Shown here piece by piece: positions 41,757 through 52,689 of a stretch of DNA of 64,000 bases. The stretch's first letter is position 1, and every line of letters begins with the position of its first letter. The stretch lies in assembly GCA_008690995.1 (NCBI GenBank), contig VRMN01000001.1, positions 1,364,001 through 1,428,000 on the forward strand, given 5' to 3'. The notes beneath the pieces were generated by a model. The model was not told where the DNA came from, ran no database searches, and saw nothing but the letters and a program-made list of their open reading frames with translations. A program made the position numbers and the translations under genes. The stretch is from Porphyridium purpureum (Eukaryota).

Positions 41757-42004
41757 CGCGCACCAGGCCCGATCAGACAACAGATGCTCGGAGGCTTCCG
41801 ACTGGCGTCTCTTACCTTCGGGCACACACATTCCTCGAAGCAGCCCAGCTCGGGCACGCAGGTGTCATTACTGAAACGCTTAGACTCGTAGGTTTTTCTA
41901 TCAAAATGGCCAGGTTTACTGGATTCAAAGTACAGTTTGGGTGTACAGTACATTACGAGCACAAGCGAGCGTTTTTGTGTTGCGCCATGGGCGTGTGGCA
42001 TGCG

Positions 42005-43066
42005 CTAGCGTGCGAGTGCCCAATATGACGCAGCAGTGAAGAGCGAGAGGCCCAGTAGGACTTGAATGGCCTCCGCTTCTGCCGCAGTCCACGGCTTGTC
42101 CTTGTCTGTCTGCGCCAGAACGGCGTCTGATGCACGTCTGGGCGTAGGCGCGCGTTCCAGACTGCTCGAGATCTCACCCTTCGAGGGACAGCTCGCAAAG
42201 GCCGCCACAAAGTAGTACTCTCCTTTGACGCACTGAAACAAACGCCACTCATCTTTGTACTTCCCGTACAACACACCAGTCTCTACGGCTACCAGCGTGG
42301 GCCGCTTGATCCGGAAGAGCGGCCGGAAGTAGTAAACCGTGCGAAATGTTGCGAGGAATTCACGTCGAGCCTCGATCTCGCGGATCCCAATCGCTGGCGT
42401 ATCGGCCTGGTCTTCAAGCTGCGGGTTCAAAAGCAGCCATGTCGCATCTGGGCGCCGCTGGATCATGTCTTGCAACGTACGGATTACCGAATCGCCCCGC
42501 AGATTTTTTGGCGCGACCACGCAGTGCAGAGTGGACGAATCGCCAGCAACGCCTGCCATTTCCAGCTCCCGCATGGTCATTCCACACAGGGACGCATGCT
42601 CTGGCATCGCCTGTCCGGCAAAGTGGTATGCGGACGCCGCTGCCGCGGTCCCTGTCGAGCTATACATTACTAAAATCTCCTTGAAATGGGTGCTGGCACA
42701 GCATACTGCCGCTCGAGCAAAGTCAAAGAGTAGCTTTTCGTTGTATGCGACCGTATTTTCAATGGCATAGTTGAGCCCCGGAATCAACCAGCTCGCAGAC
42801 ATGCGCTTGGTCCCGTCTTCGATTGCCTGGCGCAATGCGTCCTCCATTTCGCGCGTGAGCTGAGCCACATCCGTGGGCACTGCCGCTGCACGACCAGTGT
42901 GGGTCCCGTCTGCCTTGCCACCCTGCATCGATAGCAGGGTCCTTGATTTCCTAGGAGCCGCCGACACGCTCGATCGGAGCGCCCGGTCGGAGATGGCGGC
43001 GCTCAGTACAGACCTTGGACATTTCCTGAACGGCCCCGGAGACGGTAGAAAGGCAGTACGAGTCAT
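42005..43066 (-). CDS. DUF1995-like plastid protein
   Basis: Transit-peptide-like leader; AIEDG, LLLNPQL, FLATFRTVYYFRP, GVLYGKY..W.LF, P..GEI pattern. Confidence 0.65.
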   Translation of the reverse strand: MTRTAFLPSPGPFRKCPRSVLSAAISDRALRSSVSAAPRKSRTLLSMQGGKADGTHTGRAAAVPTDVAQLTREMEDALRQAIEDGTKRMSASWLIPGLNYAIENTVAYNEKLLFDFARAAVCCASTHFKEILVMYSSTGTAAAASAYHFAGQAMPEHASLCGMTMRELEMAGVAGDSSTLHCVVAPKNLRGDSVIRTLQDMIQRRPDATWLLLNPQLEDQADTPAIGIREIEARREFLATFRTVYYFRPLFRIKRPTLVAVETGVLYGKYKDEWRLFQCVKGEYYFVAAFASCPSKGEISSSLERAPTPRRASDAVLAQTDKDKPWTAAEAEAIQVLLGLSLFTAASYWALAR

Positions 43067-43174
43067 CCCTCCAATGTGTCACCAAAGATTGAACGACACC
43101 AACCTCTTTCCGCTTTACAATCTTCAATCAGTGCCGGAGAGCGAGAGGCTGTGAAGCGAGAACAAGCGAAGGAG

Positions 43175-43702
43175 ATGGCGACGACTGTGCGAGAATGTCG
43201 GATATGCCACACAGGACGGTGCGACGGGGATGAACTGATTGCGCCATGCGTGTGCGCAGGGTCGCTGCGTTATGTACACCGCGGGTGTCTGCAGACGTGG
43301 TTGCGGCGCCGCATGGCTCGCGAGCGGTCTTTGCTGTCGGCCGTCGGCACTGTGCACGCCAAGGCGCTCACTTGTGAGATTTGCAGATTCTCGTACAAGT
43401 GCTCGCTGCGAACCTTGTCCTTCCTGCGCTTCTTGTTCACCAGGAGTCGCTGGTATGAACTCCTCCACTTGCTGTACATTGCCTTTATTGTACGAAGGAT
43501 TCACGTGCAGTGCCAGACGCTCAAGGACGCGCTCGTGGACCAACACGTGCCGCGCTTCGTGTACATGCGAGTGCTGCTAAAAGTCTTCGCGGTTTTCCAC
43601 TACGTGATGTTCCTGACGTTCGATATTAAGTACCTGGTCCACGCGTGGCTCAAGTGGAGAGCGTCCACGGCGCAAATTCTTGTCTTGGTTGAGCCCAGTT
43701 GA
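43175..43702 (+). CDS. RING-CH (MARCH-type) E3 ubiquitin ligase
   Basis: CRICH..LIAPCVCAGSLRYVHRGCLQTW..CEIC followed by two hydrophobic segments. Confidence 0.9.
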   Translation: MATTVRECRICHTGRCDGDELIAPCVCAGSLRYVHRGCLQTWLRRRMARERSLLSAVGTVHAKALTCEICRFSYKCSLRTLSFLRFLFTRSRWYELLHLLYIAFIVRRIHVQCQTLKDALVDQHVPRFVYMRVLLKVFAVFHYVMFLTFDIKYLVHAWLKWRASTAQILVLVEPS

Positions 43703-43758
43703 TCGACACTTTCTACTCTAGACCTTTAAAAATCATCAAAGACTAGGTACGGCGCAGC

Positions 43759-46700
43759 TTAGCGCTTACGAAACTCAGAGCGCAACGCAGCAATATCAGA
43801 CGTCAACAATTCCTTCTTTTTCTCCCCAACGCGCTCTGCAGGTTTCGTGGTGCCTGGATCGGATGACTGACTGACTGGTACATCCACTGATTCTTGGACC
43901 TTTTTCTTCTCCCCCGACTTGCTGTGCGGAATTATGATTATTTTCTTCACCTTAGAGGAAAATGTGGACTCGTCGTGCGCTTGCTCTTTCCCACGTTTCT
44001 CGTCTGCGGCTTTGCTTCGTGTCAAATCAGAATGACGTTTGCGAATTGCAGACATACGGGCAGCGTCCATGTCGGACAACGGGTCTACTTCGCTTTCAGA
44101 AATGGCCTCTTCACGCGAGTCCAAAGAAAAAGTTCGTGAAATACGTCCGCCCATGGAGTTTGTGGAATTGTCCAACGAACCATTTGCGCCCCGGGTTATT
44201 ACGCCAGACGAAGAATGGTCAAGTTCTTCCGGAGATCCGAATTTCTTGGAAGTGGTACCCGATGCCTTGCGCTTAAAGGCGGCTCGAAGATTGATCAAAT
44301 CGGTCTCTGAGTCAATCGGCTGCTCCAGCGTGCGCGTCCTAGAGAGCGACGACTGCAAAATCGGCTCGTGGGACTCGGCAACATCGGTATCCACCGATAA
44401 GGTCTCGCTTTCCACAGACCCCGCGGGCTTGCGGAATACTGCGCGGAGATCGGATACACTAGCATCGGCTATATCAGCCGGTTGCTTTGATTCCTGTAAT
44501 TCGTCCTGTTCAGTGTCAACTCGCACTTCTTCGGCGTCCTTCGACTTCGTGGGCTTCCGAAACGCCGCCCGAAGATCCGAAACACTAGCTTCTGCGATTT
44601 CAAGAGGTCGTTTCAGAATATTGGAAGCGCGTGTAACATTACTGCGCAGTCGAGGCTTGGCCTGGAAGTCTTTGAGTCCCGCTGGATCGGGCATCCCCGC
44701 TGGTGCTCTGTCATGAATGCATACCTGCGCGACAAAGTTCCACGCAAAGTGACGAATCACATCCATACCGTCCGTCGAAATGCGAGGAAAGCGCACTATA
44801 ATGTGCGAGTGTGTGTTTGTCGCATTCAGCTCTACATTCACGTGCACCCATGGCATGCTGCATAAGTTGCGCCTCATTTCTAGCACGTCGTGAAGCAGAT
44901 TTCCTGCAACAAGCTTGGTTGCTGACCATTTCTGTTGGATATCGAAGACTCGCTCAGCACTTCCCAAATCAGACGCCATTCCTGCCGACGTACGAAGCAA
45001 GCAGTCGTAAACCAGTTCCACTTGCTTCGCGTCTTCTTTCATGGTCATCCCCTTCATGACCGGGACCGAGTTCATGTTTAGCGACGGCAGCGTCATAAGT
45101 TTGTCAAAGATCCCCGTGCCTGTATTCAATTGCTTTGCCTTCGCAGGGCCGGGCACTGCGTTTGCTGCAGCGGGAAGCGCCAAAGTTCCTTCGCGCATAC
45201 TCAGATCAGTAGTCCTGCTATTGTGTCCGGCCATTGAATGGCTTCGAGCGGCGCCACTAATATCCTTGCTTCCGATAATGTCTGAGTGACGGTCTGCTCG
45301 TGGGCTCCCGAGAACAGCTCCCGCGTTCAGGGCAGAAGCAGGCTCTGCTCCTACCTTTTTTCCGTCACTCACCCGATACTTCGTTGTCCTTCTGGAGAAC
45401 ATGGACACCGATTTCAACACACTGCCGGTGACTTTGGAGACCATGGATGATGACGAGTGAGACGTAGAATCATGATCGGCGTTGTGATCATCTTCACTCT
45501 TTTTGACATCGCGGGTTGAAGAAACTGAACCAATTAATGAATCCTTTGCATGAGCTCCTTCCATCTCCTCTGGTTGTTCCTGATTGTGCAGTTCAAGCTC
45601 ATCGCGGTGATTTGTGTCCTCGGTGTTCTCATTTGTTGATACGAAGGTGCCTTTCTCAAAATTCTCAAGCCAAGGATCCGCAGTCACCACGCGAATCAAC
45701 CTCATCACAGCCGATTGATCCGGCTCGTCACTGTTTGCTTCTTCGACGGCGGAACCTTTTGAGAAGTCCGTGACAAGCTCATTCCTTTTCTCTGTCTCCA
45801 CGTCCTCGTGCTTCTCTGTGGACTGTATGTCAGACCAGAGCGATCCAGTGGACTTTACCCGTCGCGAGCGAAACCTGTTTGCGCCCACATTCCTGTATTT
45901 CACGGGCAAAGACGGACATGACGAGCTCTTTGCAAGCTTTCTCTCTGTGTCCGTCGCTTGGAGCGCAGCGCCCAACTCGTGAACAGCACTGGCGTGTCCA
46001 TCAACTTTCGCGCTGATTGAGGTAAATGACCGTGAAGCCACTATCTTTTTGCTGGAAGTGATGCTCGAAATGGCATTCACCGTACCCTGAACAGCCCTCT
46101 CCGGCAAACTTTCAGCGGCTTCATTTTGACTTCTTGTGCGTTGCTCAACAGGCTGCGCCGGCAAGCAGCTTTCAATTTTCTGCGAAAAACGCATACACAC
46201 CACGTGCGGGTATTCATTACTTTCTGCGGGGATTGTGAACTGATTGGACAATGCCTTGAGCTTTTCGTACGGTTCACTCAGAGCAAAGCTTGAAGTGTAG
46301 TACGGCACTGTGAGATCGTGACGCGCGTTGGCATAGCAAAAGCGCTGCTTGAACAAGGACAGCGAGAATAGAAACACCCCGCGTGACAAGTTATACACCA
46401 TCTTCTCCTTATCTTTGAGCACCATCTGATGGCCCGTTTTCCGCATCAGCCGCGCGCCCTGCTCATCCCAAAGCGCATTGTTTCGATTGTCCCCGAGATG
46501 CGGCGACGCAAACGACGCATACACAAAAAGTTCCACCTTCTTCATTTTCATGTGCAGCGGCTCCGCGCGAATCAAGCAGGCTTTCGCATCTTCTGCCAAC
46601 GTCCGATTTGCTTTCAGAAGAGCCAATTCCTTCTGCTGCTCGAACGACAGACTCACAAAACCTCGGTACACGAGCTCAGCCGCAGCAAAACGAGTGAAGA

Positions 46701-47547
46701 GACCACCTAGACTATGTCCCGCAAGGGACAAATACTTGAGCTTTGGCATACAGGTGGCCACCTCGAGAATCAGGTCTACAAGCCGGTTTCCGCCCTTCCC
46801 TACTCCCTCAAAGGTCTCAAGCTGCTCGCAAGCATCACTGCACAATACGTATACTCCGGTGTTTAACGCCACTTGATGCGTTTCCCAGATTGAATCATCG
46901 TCCACGCTCTCGTGAATTTCCGAATTTTTCGGTTGCCGGTCGAACGGATTCAGGGCCTCGACGCCCTTTCGAAGAAGGCTTATCTGCTCTGCCCCATCTG
47001 CGCTTTTCTCCCCCTCAGGTGCGTATTCATCGATACCAGACTCAAATACATGCGTACCTCCTTTGGTTCTTGGCAACCTGTTCATGGCTGGCTGCTGTTC
47101 CTCGCTTCCATCCTTTCCATCATCATGAGAATCCTTCATCGGCACGCCTTTCACTCTGTGCATAACTGTCTCTGGTGGATGCGGAATCATATCTGCGCCA
47201 GACATTGCGGCAAAGGCGATGTGCTCTCGCACTTTAGCCCCTACTTCAACGGAGGTCGCCACGGCGGCGGCAGCCCTGCCGTCGAGCATCTCGACGCCAG
47301 CTGCGAGTTTCTCAAACTCAGGCCGTGTCCTCCTGGCGGCCGCGGCCGCTGCGGCAAGCGGAGACTTCTGGAGGACCTGATCGAGCACCTCCTTCATCTT
47401 CTGCATATCTTTTGCCTTCCCGCCGACGCCATTCTGCAGCACAACCAGATGCTGGACGCCATGGCACACCTTGTACTGCTCCTCCTCATTCCGGAAGCCC
47501 AGGGCCGCGACCAGTGGCTTCAGGCCCATCTTCATTGCGCCGTGCAT
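43759..47547 (-). CDS. DUF676 alpha/beta-hydrolase (putative lipase) with long disordered insertions
   Basis: HLVVLQNG, TFEGV..GG.RL, SLAGHSLGG, FASPHLG, YANARHDLTVPYYTS, distant THSHIIVR. Confidence 0.88.
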   Translation of the reverse strand: MHGAMKMGLKPLVAALGFRNEEEQYKVCHGVQHLVVLQNGVGGKAKDMQKMKEVLDQVLQKSPLAAAAAAARRTRPEFEKLAAGVEMLDGRAAAAVATSVEVGAKVREHIAFAAMSGADMIPHPPETVMHRVKGVPMKDSHDDGKDGSEEQQPAMNRLPRTKGGTHVFESGIDEYAPEGEKSADGAEQISLLRKGVEALNPFDRQPKNSEIHESVDDDSIWETHQVALNTGVYVLCSDACEQLETFEGVGKGGNRLVDLILEVATCMPKLKYLSLAGHSLGGLFTRFAAAELVYRGFVSLSFEQQKELALLKANRTLAEDAKACLIRAEPLHMKMKKVELFVYASFASPHLGDNRNNALWDEQGARLMRKTGHQMVLKDKEKMVYNLSRGVFLFSLSLFKQRFCYANARHDLTVPYYTSSFALSEPYEKLKALSNQFTIPAESNEYPHVVCMRFSQKIESCLPAQPVEQRTRSQNEAAESLPERAVQGTVNAISSITSSKKIVASRSFTSISAKVDGHASAVHELGAALQATDTERKLAKSSSCPSLPVKYRNVGANRFRSRRVKSTGSLWSDIQSTEKHEDVETEKRNELVTDFSKGSAVEEANSDEPDQSAVMRLIRVVTADPWLENFEKGTFVSTNENTEDTNHRDELELHNQEQPEEMEGAHAKDSLIGSVSSTRDVKKSEDDHNADHDSTSHSSSSMVSKVTGSVLKSVSMFSRRTTKYRVSDGKKVGAEPASALNAGAVLGSPRADRHSDIIGSKDISGAARSHSMAGHNSRTTDLSMREGTLALPAAANAVPGPAKAKQLNTGTGIFDKLMTLPSLNMNSVPVMKGMTMKEDAKQVELVYDCLLRTSAGMASDLGSAERVFDIQQKWSATKLVAGNLLHDVLEMRRNLCSMPWVHVNVELNATNTHSHIIVRFPRISTDGMDVIRHFAWNFVAQVCIHDRAPAGMPDPAGLKDFQAKPRLRSNVTRASNILKRPLEIAEASVSDLRAAFRKPTKSKDAEEVRVDTEQDELQESKQPADIADASVSDLRAVFRKPAGSVESETLSVDTDVAESHEPILQSSLSRTRTLEQPIDSETDLINLRAAFKRKASGTTSKKFGSPEELDHSSSGVITRGANGSLDNSTNSMGGRISRTFSLDSREEAISESEVDPLSDMDAARMSAIRKRHSDLTRSKAADEKRGKEQAHDESTFSSKVKKIIIIPHSKSGEKKKVQESVDVPVSQSSDPGTTKPAERVGEKKKELLTSDIAALRSEFRKR

Positions 47548-48480
47548 AGTGCCTGTGTGCGCTCCTCCCCTGACGTCATCCACTCATCCACGCGAGCGGA
47601 TACCCGCGCCGTTGACCTCGCTCCTTCCCTCCCTCTCCCCTCCTCCGCAGCACTTCTTTCAACTGATAGCGACTGTCAGCGCTAAAAATAAATCGCCCAG
47701 TCAGGTTTTGTGCATGGCAGCTGAACACCTCCCTGGCCATAGTAAATTTCGACATTCCAGTATAGAACCATTCACTGTACCCCGCCTCAGCGGCGGCAGG
47801 TCGGTGTGCGCACACATCTCGTTTCAACCGATGTGAACGAACCGCCACCGACAGAAACTCCCAGGGTTGGCACACCGATATCAGTGCCGATGCGACTCTG
47901 GGGACTTTTTCCACTTGGCGCTTGCTCCGTACCGACGACAACGACGGCCACATATGAGGCCGCGCTCTGCGTCGAGCTTCCTGTGCTGGGGTAGACAGAT
48001 GCCGACGCACAGCGGCATGCTGCTTCGTGCAAATTGGAACAGGCACTGGCAGCCAACCCGTTTCGGTTTGCGGTTGAACCATCGAGCCGTTAAACTGTTA
48101 AACCGTTGAACCGTTGAACCGCTCTGCGCGCGTGCGAAATGCGCCGCGGTATAAGGTACAGTGATTCGAGTTGAACTGAAACAGTTGTGACGCCTGCGAC
48201 CGGGTGAGTGCAAATGCACTAAGATACTCGCCCGGCGAGAGAAGAGAGAGAGAGAGACGGAAGAGGGAGAGCGGCTTGGCGCTGGCGCCGTGGCAGGGGG
48301 AGTGACTCCGTCGCGGCGAGATTTGCGCGACACGTGCGCGCGGATGGAAAAGAAAGGGTCCGGGCAGTGGACAAGACGCGCTGTGGTTTTGGCTCCTGCG
48401 TTCATGGGATTCCCCGCCGCCGCGGAACACGCGATTGGACGTGATATCGGGTGCGCCGGTTGGCGTGCGCGCAGTTGGGC

Positions 48481-51400
48481 ATGGACGGACTCCGCCAGAT
48501 GGACGTCAGGGTTTGGAGGCAACATGAGCAGAATATTAGCGCGAGACACGCGCACGGGGTAGCTCAGAATGCCCGGCTGCACGATCGTACCCTCGTTCAG
48601 GATGCGCCGCTTTGGCTTCCGTGTCCGGTCTCGCAAACTCCGCCAGGTGGAGCACCAGCATTAGCCGCCGCGCTGACGGCATCAAAATGTCGCACAGATA
48701 ACACGCAGGCAGAGAGCACACCCTTCGCGGTGATTCCTCCTCATGTGTCCATGGGGTCCGCCGCGGTATCAATTTCCGTGCCGTGTTCGTCGCCCGGGTT
48801 CCAGGTATCCAACGGTTTGCTCACGCAACGTCCTCATGAATCAGAATCTCGATCAGGTACGGATGTAAGCGTGCCGCACGCTCATCTCTTTACTTATGAG
48901 GCAGCGAACGGATACACGCACAATGATTCCTCGAAACGACTCCATTTCGCGCCGGATTGGCACAGAGACGCATCTTCCGAGCGGTCTGCCGTGGTTGTGA
49001 AATTACAGCTGGCCTTAAAAAGTTGCGAGATGATCGCTCGGCGCGGCAAGTGGGTTGCCGCGATTCAGCAGTGTGCCGAAATATTCAAGGATATGTTTCG
49101 CTTGTGCAAGGAATGCAATTCCTCATCACCGCCCGCCGCGTCACGGGCGCGGCGCATCGCGTTGTCAGAGCCGTCTACGGCGTCAGCGACAGATTTTGTG
49201 GCACTGGCACCGTGCACGAAGCCCTCGCTGGATTTCATCTTCTCCGCGGCGCGGCTGGTAACGGAGGAAAAACGCCTATTTCACGAGGCGCTTCGGCTCA
49301 TGGGCATTTGCCAGCTTCTTGCAAAGCAGTATGGGCAAGCGCTCTTTTACCTCGACTTTGATCTGAGGATCGAGGAACGTGATTTCCTCTCCTTGCACGC
49401 ACTCGGCCGAGCAGTGCATGAATCGACACCGGCCAAGGCCGGCATCGTGGTGGGCATCTTGCGGCGCGCACTCACGGAGCGTCATGCCTTTGACGAGCAC
49501 GTGCGCGAGGTAGTGGCAAGCAGCGGAGACTGCGGCCTTGAGGGTGCAACTATGAAACATACCGGATTCCTTTGTGATGGCCTGTGTATGGGTACGGAAC
49601 AGAGCATCAGGGAGTTGCTTGCTACCGTCCTGACAGACATCGGCGTGAAGCTGAAAGCGGCGGAGCTGCCACTGGATGCGTTGCATGTGTATGTTGAAGC
49701 CGTACAGGTTTTACCGACGTATGCGCGAGCATTTTACAACATTGGCGTGGCGCACGCCGAGTTGGGCGTGGTACACATGGCGTTGGAGGCATACGAGCGG
49801 GCAGTGGCGTTGAGTCCAGACTTTGCGGAAGCTTGGTGCAACATGGGGGTGATTCACAAAGCGGCTGGCAACATTCCCAAGGCGGTGGAAATGTATGAGC
49901 GCGCGCTGTCCATTAATAGTAATTTTGAACTGGCGAAGCGGAATTTGTCTGTGGCGCTAAGCGATCTTGCGACGCTGATGAAACCAAACTCGATGAAACA
50001 AGTGATCGCCTTGTACAAGCGGGCACTCTCGTACAATCCCGGCTGCGCAGAGATTCACCACAATCTGGGCGTGGCGTACTCCGAGGTATGCAAAGTGGAA
50101 CGCGCCATTGCGTCGTACCAGCTCGCCACCTGTCTCAATCCGAATTATGCTGAGGCACACAACAATCTGGGCGTGGTATACAAGGAGTGCGGCAATTATG
50201 AGCAGGCCATTGAGTGCTACAAGGCGGCAATTGCGACCAATGCAAATCACTTCCAGGCGCACAACAATCTTGCGGTTGTGTACACTCTGCTGGGTACCAT
50301 AAGCCTGGCAAAGCTGCATTTTCTTGCCGCTCTCAACCAACACCCGTCGTACGCTGAAGCACAAAACAATCTCGGTGTATTGTTTCGAGAAGAAGGAGAC
50401 ATCCTCCGCGCCATCAGTTGCTACGATCGTTGCCTCGAGCTTGAGCCCAGCAATGACATGGCGGCCCAGAACCGCCTGCATGCGCTCAACTACGTGGAGG
50501 GATTGAGTACGAATGACATCTTTAAGGAGCACGAGAGCTGGGGTCGCCGTTTTCAGGAGCGAGTGGAAAGTGAACTGCGCACACGTGCTAACGGAGGTGA
50601 TGAGGAGGCGCGAGCCGTACAATTCATGCGTAATCGCGTTCTCAAGGCCATTCGGCAGCCGAGGAGGAACGACGAGCGAAGACTGCGCATCGGCATTGTT
50701 TCGGCGGATTTTTTTACGCACAGCGTGTCGTACTTTGCGGAAGTCGTGCTTGCCGAGTTGAATCCAGAGAAGTTCGAGTTGTACGTGTACTCGAATGTGG
50801 CACGAGAGGACACAAAGACAAAGCGTTTCCAGGAGTTTGCCAATGTGATGCCCCGCTGGAAACGCGTCACGGGCATGAAAACGATTCCGTGCGCGGCGCT
50901 AATCCTGAACGACAATATCGACATCATGATCGAGCTGTCCGGCCACACGGCCGGGAACCGGCTGGATGTGATGGCGCTTCGGGTGGCTCCAGTGCAGATA
51001 ACGTGGATCGGCTACCCAAACACGACGGGATTATCATCCATTGACTATCGTGTCACTGATGCCGTGGTTGATCCGATTGACACACCGCAACTTTTCTCAG
51101 AACGACTGTATCGCTTGCCTCGAAGCTTCCTCTGCTACACACCGATGGCCGATGCCCCAGAAGTGGATCGTACCCCACCTTGTGTGCGAGCAGGAGGGCT
51201 GATCACGTTTGGGAGCTTCAATATTCTGGCGAAAATGCAGTCGCAAACCGTTGCGCTGTGGGCCCGCGTTCTGCGTGAGGTGCCTGAATCTCGGCTCATG
51301 CTCAAATCAAAGGCGCTGGGCTGCGAAACGACAAAGCATCGGATCGAGTCCATGTTCGAAGCGCACGGCATCGCGCCATACCGTCTTGACCTTGTTCCGC

Positions 51401-51795
51401 TAGTGCCATCGACCAGCTCGCATCTGGACATGTATGGCATGGTCGACATTTGTCTGGATCCATTTCCCTACGCGGGGACGACCACAACATGCGAAGCCCT
51501 CTTGATGGGCGTTCCGGTGGTTTCTTTGTGTACGAGTACCTCCGACGCGTCGTTGCTGTCGCATGTACAGAATGTCGGACTGAGTCTTCTCACCAGTGTT
51601 GGTCATCCCGAATGGGTGGCTAGTACACCGGACGAATACGTCAGCATTGCACGCAGGCTGGCTGCAGACTCGTCTACGCTTGTTGCCATACGTTCGAGTC
51701 TGCGGGGCGACATGTTACGCAGCGCTCTGTGTGACCGGCCTGCGTACATGGCCGAGGTCCAAGACATGTTGCTCGACATGTGGGCGCAAGGTTAA
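48481..51795 (+). CDS. SPY: SPINDLY-type protein O-fucosyltransferase (TPRs plus GT41); start uncertain
   Basis: TPR array (AEAWCNMGV, AEAHNNLGV), QNRLHALNY, DFFTHSVSYF, ELSGHTAGNRL, APVQITWIGYPNTTG, TFGSFN, PYAGTTTTCEAL. Confidence 0.95.
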   Translation: MDGLRQMDVRVWRQHEQNISARHAHGVAQNARLHDRTLVQDAPLWLPCPVSQTPPGGAPALAAALTASKCRTDNTQAESTPFAVIPPHVSMGSAAVSISVPCSSPGFQVSNGLLTQRPHESESRSGTDVSVPHAHLFTYEAANGYTHNDSSKRLHFAPDWHRDASSERSAVVVKLQLALKSCEMIARRGKWVAAIQQCAEIFKDMFRLCKECNSSSPPAASRARRIALSEPSTASATDFVALAPCTKPSLDFIFSAARLVTEEKRLFHEALRLMGICQLLAKQYGQALFYLDFDLRIEERDFLSLHALGRAVHESTPAKAGIVVGILRRALTERHAFDEHVREVVASSGDCGLEGATMKHTGFLCDGLCMGTEQSIRELLATVLTDIGVKLKAAELPLDALHVYVEAVQVLPTYARAFYNIGVAHAELGVVHMALEAYERAVALSPDFAEAWCNMGVIHKAAGNIPKAVEMYERALSINSNFELAKRNLSVALSDLATLMKPNSMKQVIALYKRALSYNPGCAEIHHNLGVAYSEVCKVERAIASYQLATCLNPNYAEAHNNLGVVYKECGNYEQAIECYKAAIATNANHFQAHNNLAVVYTLLGTISLAKLHFLAALNQHPSYAEAQNNLGVLFREEGDILRAISCYDRCLELEPSNDMAAQNRLHALNYVEGLSTNDIFKEHESWGRRFQERVESELRTRANGGDEEARAVQFMRNRVLKAIRQPRRNDERRLRIGIVSADFFTHSVSYFAEVVLAELNPEKFELYVYSNVAREDTKTKRFQEFANVMPRWKRVTGMKTIPCAALILNDNIDIMIELSGHTAGNRLDVMALRVAPVQITWIGYPNTTGLSSIDYRVTDAVVDPIDTPQLFSERLYRLPRSFLCYTPMADAPEVDRTPPCVRAGGLITFGSFNILAKMQSQTVALWARVLREVPESRLMLKSKALGCETTKHRIESMFEAHGIAPYRLDLVPLVPSTSSHLDMYGMVDICLDPFPYAGTTTTCEALLMGVPVVSLCTSTSDASLLSHVQNVGLSLLTSVGHPEWVASTPDEYVSIARRLAADSSTLVAIRSSLRGDMLRSALCDRPAYMAEVQDMLLDMWAQG

Positions 51796-51933
51796 GACTG
51801 TACTTACTGTACCTCATCAGAAAAAAAGTGACACACACGTGCTTACACTCATGGTAGAGGTAGGGTTTCTCGTCTGGTTGCGACTGCGCGAAACCAGGGC
51901 GGCGTGCGGTTTGGTTGGGCTCGTGGCGTCAAG

Positions 51934-52641
51934 ATGGATAGCATACCGCGCGTGCCGAGCGGGCTGCTGGTGAGCACTGCGCTCGCGGCGCTGATAATAC
52001 GTGCAGCGAGCGCCGGTAGTAGTGCGCTGAGCCTCGAGCTCATCAGCGGGCAGCGTCGGTGCTTCTACGAGGACTTGCCGTCTCACTCGGACGTGGCGAT
52101 CGCGTACACAGTCGCGTCCAGCAGCACGTTCTCGACGCTCAGCATACGTATAACCTACGGAACAGATCCTCATGATGTCGTCTTTTCAGGAAATGAGATC
52201 TCGCGAGACGCCACGCGCTTTCGTACCAAGGAACACCCCGACCGAGACTTGGCCGCGTACAAGCTTTGCTTCTTCGAGCACGTGAGACCAGACAGTCTTG
52301 TCGTAGCACAGGCTGTGTGGTACATCGACGTCAGCATGAAATGGGGCGCGCACGCAAAGGATACTGGCGCGAGCGCAGCAACCATGGGCAAGGATGTCGG
52401 TTCCCAGCAGCACCAGCTACAGAAAATCCTGCAGGACGCGCAGGATGAGCTGGACGACGTTCTGACCAACTTGGACGCCATGCATGCACGCAAAAAATTG
52501 CTAGCTGAAGCAAATGAGGAGCTGAATGCAAAAGTGACCATTTTTAGTATCATCTCGTGCGCTGTGCTGATTATGGGCAGCTTTTACCAGCGATTTCACA
52601 TCTACAAGTATTTCAAGTCGTGCCGGATTCACTATCGCTAA
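51934..52641 (+). CDS. p24/emp24/gp25L GOLD-domain cargo receptor
   Basis: Signal peptide, RCFYE..YKLCF, coiled coil, TM helix, YFK tail. Confidence 0.88.
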   Translation: MDSIPRVPSGLLVSTALAALIIRAASAGSSALSLELISGQRRCFYEDLPSHSDVAIAYTVASSSTFSTLSIRITYGTDPHDVVFSGNEISRDATRFRTKEHPDRDLAAYKLCFFEHVRPDSLVVAQAVWYIDVSMKWGAHAKDTGASAATMGKDVGSQQHQLQKILQDAQDELDDVLTNLDAMHARKKLLAEANEELNAKVTIFSIISCAVLIMGSFYQRFHIYKYFKSCRIHYR

Positions 52642-52689
52642 CTCTACGCCAGTTAATGTACGTGCCACTGTAAAGGGAAGGCATTCATG

